A DNA stretch of 64,000 nucleotides, taken from contig OZ024745.1 of the NCBI GenBank assembly GCA_964016885.1, positions 69,936,001 to 70,000,000 on the forward strand. Direction: 5' to 3'. The position numbers were made by a program, and so were the translations under genes. Below the pieces are notes generated by a model. It did no database searches and had not been told where the DNA came from. It saw only the letters and a list, made by a program, of their open reading frames with translations. Positions 55,231 through 64,000 of the stretch are shown one piece after another. Origin of the DNA: Eledone cirrhosa. Lineage: Eukaryota. Position 1 is the stretch's first letter. Each line of letters begins with the position of its first letter.

Positions 55231-58200
55231 GCTTTCTTTATTAACCACAAGGGTTTACATAAAGTAGACATTAAGGACAGTACAGGACAATACAGGACGG
55301 TACAAATTGACATTTCTGCGTGTAAAAAAACAAAAACAGAGGATGTAACAAAAAAATAACAATGAAAAATTCCCCAATAGAGGGGAGACTTCCGAGGGAC
55401 ATTTGTAGAGAAAGCCCATTAAAAAGCCACAGTGACGATGATCACCAAGGCAAGTGCCCTCTCCCAGTTTTCCACCTTTAATTTACAGACACATACTCAT
55501 AGTAGGCCCATTCACTCGGGCCATTCTTGCTTCTCTCACCCGTCTTTCAACAAAATGCTGGGATGAGAGCACTTCCCTCTCTACTCTGATTTTCCTTTTC
55601 AAATGAAATTTGAAAAAGTTAATCAGGGCATCACCGATAAGGTAAGTGTTCGTCTTCAGCCCTTTCAAACGTGACCACCATACTCTCTCTTTCGCCATGG
55701 CCACCAGACAGATAAAAACTGCCTGCCCTTCCCGGCGAAAGGGAGAGGGCGAGGCAATGCTCACGATGGACTCAGCTGATAGCTGGATCCGTCCTACACG
55801 TGATAGCAGGTGTTCGACATAAACCCACAATTCAGCAATGCTCGCACACTGGACGAGTGCGAGCAGGACGGTTTCGTCGCCCTGTGCGCATCTCGGACAT
55901 GCCCGGCTGACGGCACCTCCATGCCTGTAGAGTTTATCCCGAACTGGCAAAGCTCTTCGGTAGCACTGCCAGGCCAGGGATTTCTGGAAGTTGTCCATAG
56001 GCCCCGGCTCGAAAGTTCTTCCAAAGAGATTGGCTAGTTGATTTTCGTCGACGCCTAGAGTTTCTCCAAGTACGTCGTGGCTCTTAACCCCCCCCCCCCC
56101 CCACTAATCCTCTAGAGAACGCCAATCACATTGCCCGATTGGTCAAGGGCTGTGAGCGCCTAGAGACATTCCAGTCTCCAAGCGCTCCCTCTCGGTCTTC
56201 GCTTGGCCCAGGACTGCAGCTCTGTCAGGAAGACGAGCTGGGGAAAGACGCGTCTAGCAAACGGCGACCACACCTGATCATCGTCGAGGAAGAGGTGGAG
56301 ATGCCGTAGCTTGAGCGCGTGTCTGCGCATCATCAGCCACGGCATGCCCAGCCCTCCACGTAGCGGGTGTTGACAGCAGATGGACCGCCTGACCATCGCA
56401 GCGCGTCCCTTTCACAGAAAGTGAAAGAGCGAACGATCCAGCGCAGTGAGGCGGGGCTGAGGACAAGGTGCGACGGTCATGCGGTAGTAGATGACGGACG
56501 CGATGTACGCGTTAGTCATCTCCGCTCGACCATTCAGGTATAGCTTCCTCTCCGCCCATTTCTGGATGAGAGAAGCCACCTTGCTCGTCACCTCGTCACA
56601 GTTTTTTTTCCGTCTGGAGGTCCGGACCGAACCAGACCTCTAGCATTTTAACCGGTCCGTCAGTCCAGCGCACGACGTCGCTGTTGGACGGCATGGACCT
56701 GCCTCTCCAGTTGCCGAGCTCCAGGCCCACTGACTTTTCCTGCTTGATCATAGATTCTGTCACCGCTTCGTATTTTCTTAGTGTAGTGCCGATCACCTCG
56801 ACGAGTTTGGCGTTCGACACCACTACGGTGACATCGTGCGCATATGCTGACACAGATCTTCCGCATCCTAGTTCGCGCGGGACGCCCCTCAACGTCTCCA
56901 GTTTGTGCAGTAATGGCTCGAGAGTCAATACGTACAAGAGGGACGAGAGGGGACATCCTTGCGCATGATGTTGAACGGTTCCGAAAGGTGACCGTTCACT
57001 ATCACAACAGAGCAGATGTCGCTGTGCATAGCAGCGATCCAGCCTCTGAAGACGAGCCCAAAGCCAGCCGCCCTCAGCACTGCCGCTAGGTAACGATGGT
57101 CGATCCTATCGACAGCTTTCGACTGATCTAATTTGATCAAGGACCCACCCGTGCCAGGTTCCCTAGCCACCCTCTCTACAATGTATCGCATGAGGTCGAG
57201 GTTGTCGTGGATGGATGTGTCGGGATGGTGCATGTCTGCGCCTCTCCCACCAGACCACCAACAACAAGCGCCAACCTCTTTGCTAGCACCTTGCCCAAAA
57301 TCTTGAACTCAGTGTTTAGCAGAGTGATTGGCGTGAAATTATCTGTTATCCCCCTTGTTCGGATCCTTTCTCAGCAGCGCCACAGCTCCTCGGCTCACAG
57401 AGCTGGGAATTCTCCCGCTCTGTTGCCAGTTGCAGTAGACGTCCGCCAAGAGGCCTCCGAACAAGTCTGGCATCTGTACGTAAAGTTTATAGGGCAGACC
57501 ATCCAACCAGGTGATTTACGCCTTGTGCAGCCAGTCATTGCCTCCCGTACTTCAGCCGCTGTTATCGGCTTTTCGCAACACTCCACCTCGGTGGCCGAGA
57601 GCCGCGGCAGTCCGTCAAAGTAGACACTAAAGTCCATCCCTCGATCCGGCGCGCCGCCGCCCCCGAACAGCCTCTGCGAAGTGTCGCTGAAAAGCTTCAA
57701 GCATTTGCCCGGGATCGAGCAGCATGCGCCCGTCGTGGTCCACCAAAGACCGGATAGTGGCTTTGTTGCCAAGACGCGCCTCCGCCACTCGGACCCATTG
57801 AACGGCTTTCGTCCCCTCGTGTCTGAGAGCACGCACCCTAGCTCTGACAACGCAGCCTTCGTACTTTGCATTGAAGAATTGGTCAATGGCCAATTTCGCC
57901 GCAAGTACGTCGGTCGCGTTGCCTTTGCTAAGCGCCTAGTCTAATTTTCTAACTAGTTCTCCCTCTACTCTATTTTTCTCTATTGCTAAAGCCTTACAAA
58001 ACCTAATGGACTGTATTCTAATCGCTCTTTTCAGAGCAAACCACCACTTGTTGTTGACGATGGCCCCCGTCAACGCCCGCTCAACTAGTTCGCTAATCCG
58101 GTCTCTGTAGGCGTTGCACGCTGGTAAGGACGCGTTTAGCTTCCAGTAGCCGGGTCCTCGTCTATGAAGCATATCTAAGTCAAGCACACAGATCCCGAAT

Positions 58201-59522
58201 TTGTGGTCCGTGTAGCTGACTATCTTGAATTGTGGACAGCCTATGCTAGACCTATCTATTTCCCTACAAAATACTCTATCTAGATATGATCTGGATGACC
58301 CTACGCGATTTGTCCAAGTCCACATTGGCACATTCGGGAAATCCAATCGGCCAGGGAATTTCAATGGCCGGCGGAACCTGGGTCACCCTGATCCTTACCA
58401 GCCTCTGACCACAATAGCTTAGGATGAGTGTGAACTCGTCACTTTTTAATGGGGCCATGTATTGCTCTCTGTCATCCTGTGGGGTTCCAAATAACACGTC
58501 CACGGTTCCATATTTTTGCCCATATCTAATGTGAGTTTTTTGAGTCCACACATGTCCCAAAGAATTTTGTATCTGGGAATCGGATTACCGTTCCACTCGA
58601 CGTGTTTTGATATTTATCGTCCGATTTGACACGGTGTATAGTCGCTGATGCTCCATGGTATTAGATGGCGGTGTGAGCCTGACCCTGTAACCATATTTTT
58701 TTACCATTCGCTTGGCTTCATTCAATTCTTCCTAGGTTACTTCAACCGTTTCATTTCGTTTGTTGCTTTAGCAAACGACACATTTGGTTTTGCGTTGGTG
58801 TTGATGTTCTTGTTGTTATTCTTATTGTTGCTGTTGTTGTCATTGTTATTTTTGTTATTATTATTATTTTTAGATTCAGTGGTGGTGGCGGTGGTGGTTT
58901 CAGTGGCGGTCGGCGTGGAAGAGTCGATTTTCGGTGAATCCATTTCGATATCACGAGAAAATAATTTATTTATTGTTTCAGTGGTGGTGGTGGTGGTGGT
59001 GGTATCAGTGGTGTTGGTTGTTCCTTTTGACATTGTGGTGGTGGGGATGGCGGCTTTAACACCTGTAGACGTTTGTAATGGCGGGAAATCCATGTTTGTA
59101 TGGGACAAATCTAAATAATTGCCATTGCTATTACTTATAATTTCAGTGTTGGCATTTTTTTCTGTTGTCTGTATTTTGGTTCTCGCTGTTATTGTTGTAG
59201 TTGGCGTGGTAAATGTTTTAAAATTAGTGTTCTCAGTGTTGTTGTCTTTGTTCCCGTTGTTTGTAATGGTGCTTGTTGTATCAATCTTTGTAACCCTCCT
59301 CTCAACTTTTACGCCGTTGTCACACGACAGCAGACATATTGCTGGGGGGCGTGGCTTAGCCATGTTTTCTTTTTTTTTAAGTAAAATGTTCACATATTAT
59401 TCACAGGGCAAAGACCAAGAGCTTATATCCCTTATACAACAAGAAATATTGAACAACAAATAATTATAACATGTAAATAAAGCGACTTATATGGAGCGAG
59501 AAAAAATACGTCCGAACAGACC
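55231..59522 (-). mobile_element. Second Tx1-like LINE, decayed and internally deleted, inserted in (AAT)n
   Basis: ORF2 pieces homologous to 22146-25547 (GSSRSYLDRV, GPGYWKLN, DQSKA, MDNFQKSLAWQCYR); T/N-rich ORF1 N-terminus 58737-59393; (AAT)n on both flanks. Confidence 0.9.
55483..58355 (-). pseudogene. Tx1-like ORF2 pseudogene
   Basis: Multiple frameshifted fragments; YADD mutated to YAHD; 5' half of APE missing. Confidence 0.9.
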
Positions 59523-59949
59523 AATAATAAAAATAATAATACATAAGTACTTGATGGGCACATATGCAGATTCTCATTTAATACTATTTTGAAATGGATA
59601 TGAGAATTTGCATAAACGTTTGCGCTCGTGTAAGTAGTAACCTACTTATTAAGAAGTGTGGTAAGCAATTGAAGTGTACCAAACCCCAATTTGTATATCA
59701 ATATACACATACTTAATATGTAGGCATGTATACAGACCAGCATATTTCTGTTGTCTGTATAGGTAGATAAGTTAAAACAAGAGGGCAGTATCCTTTCTGT
59801 GTCGTGATAGATAGGATAGATGCGGACAGTAGTGCGGAAGTAGCAGCGGTGGGGGCGACATTTCGATTCTGCTTGAAGGGCTATCCTGAGATACATAATC
59901 CAGTTCGTAATTTGAAGTCGGGAATTTTATATTCTGCGAGTGAAAAGAC

Positions 59950-60034
59950 CCTTCTGACGAGAGTTTATCTTTGCAATGGAAGGCCGCAAGGGCTGTCCAT
60001 TTATTGTTGAGACTCGAAACCAATTCGGTAAAGG
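59950..60034 (+). ncRNA. Type I hammerhead with long stem II
   Basis: cctt CTGACGA gagttt..aatgga.gcc gcaa g ggc..tccatt..agactc GAAA cc aattc gg TA aagg. Confidence 0.85.
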
Positions 60035-60441
60035 TAACCATAGTGAGTACAGAGAATCTTTTTAAAATTTATTTTGAAACATTTTCTTATGTGCTAAACC
60101 TTGATTATATATGTTCTGGCTCGTTAATTTATTAACCTGCCATTGAACCACATTGGTATATGGTTGGACAACACATGTGTCCCTAGACGCTTTTTGCGTG
60201 TACTTTATTACGTATATACTTTATTATTATTTATCCTCTTGGTCGAGATAAAATTTGGTCGTTCTGACTGCTGCTATTTATAGTGGTAGTAGACTGACCT
60301 CCCTGCATCTGCTTCTATCTTTACACACGGCACTGGACAGAATTGCTTCCACATCATTCATTCTCATCTCGGGAACAATTTTGTATAGCGCCAGTTCGTA
60401 ATTTGAACTCGGGAATTTTATATTCCCCGAGTAAAAAGACC

Positions 60442-60488
60442 CTTCTGACGAGAGTTTATCTTTTCAATGAGAAACCGATTCGGTAAAG
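60442..60488 (+). ncRNA. Second hammerhead copy with stem II deletion
   Basis: ctt CTGACGA gagtttatcttttcaatga GAAA ccg att cgg TA aag; 3' arm of stem II lost. Confidence 0.65.
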
Positions 60489-60595
60489 TACATAGTGAGT
60501 ACAGTGAATCTTTTAAAATTTATTTTGAAACTTTTTCTTATTTGCTAAACCTTGATTATATATATACATATATATATATATGTATTTATATATAC

Positions 60596-64000
<3,405 letters not shown>

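Larger units (their letters stand above)
59900..60562 (+). repeat. Direct repeats (59900-60112, 60391-60562), each carrying a hammerhead core; retrozyme or tandem-pLTR architecture
   Basis: ccagttcgtaatttgaa..gacccttctgacgagagtttatc..catagtgagtacag..gctaaaccttgattatatat occurs twice. Confidence 0.88.

Noticed and set aside
58737-59393. 218-aa Thr/Asn-rich ORF as a host mucin-like gene
   Set aside because: Its position and strand place it as the low-complexity N-terminus of Tx1 ORF1

Overview
AT-rich, repeat-dominated eukaryotic DNA with no supportable host protein-coding gene. The repeat complement (tRNA-headed Meta-domain SINEs, a second SINE family, very long (TA)n/(CA)n arrays) suggests an octopus/coleoid cephalopod; this is an inference from recalled repeat families, not a database match. 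It contains two Tx1-like LINEs (21828-26430 with an open 1133-aa ORF2; 55231-59522 decayed and internally deleted), a CR1-type LINE running off the right edge, three Penelope-like elements (one Naiad-like with inverted pLTRs), RTE, R4, Helitron and piggyBac fragments, a hAT element with a nested Helitron, MITEs, about 18 SINE copies and a 32-34 bp minisatellite. The most striking unexplained signal is a dense set of type I hammerhead ribozyme motifs: eight with readable stem I/core/GAAA/UH architecture plus several degenerate or half motifs. They include an inverted pair around a perfect 44-bp palindrome, a tandem retrozyme-like pair and a U3:A8 core variant. Nearly all point toward a nearby microsatellite, mostly (TA)n. 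All folds were made by eye and none is shown to cleave. Most short ORFs in the ORF track are microsatellite or antisense artefacts.
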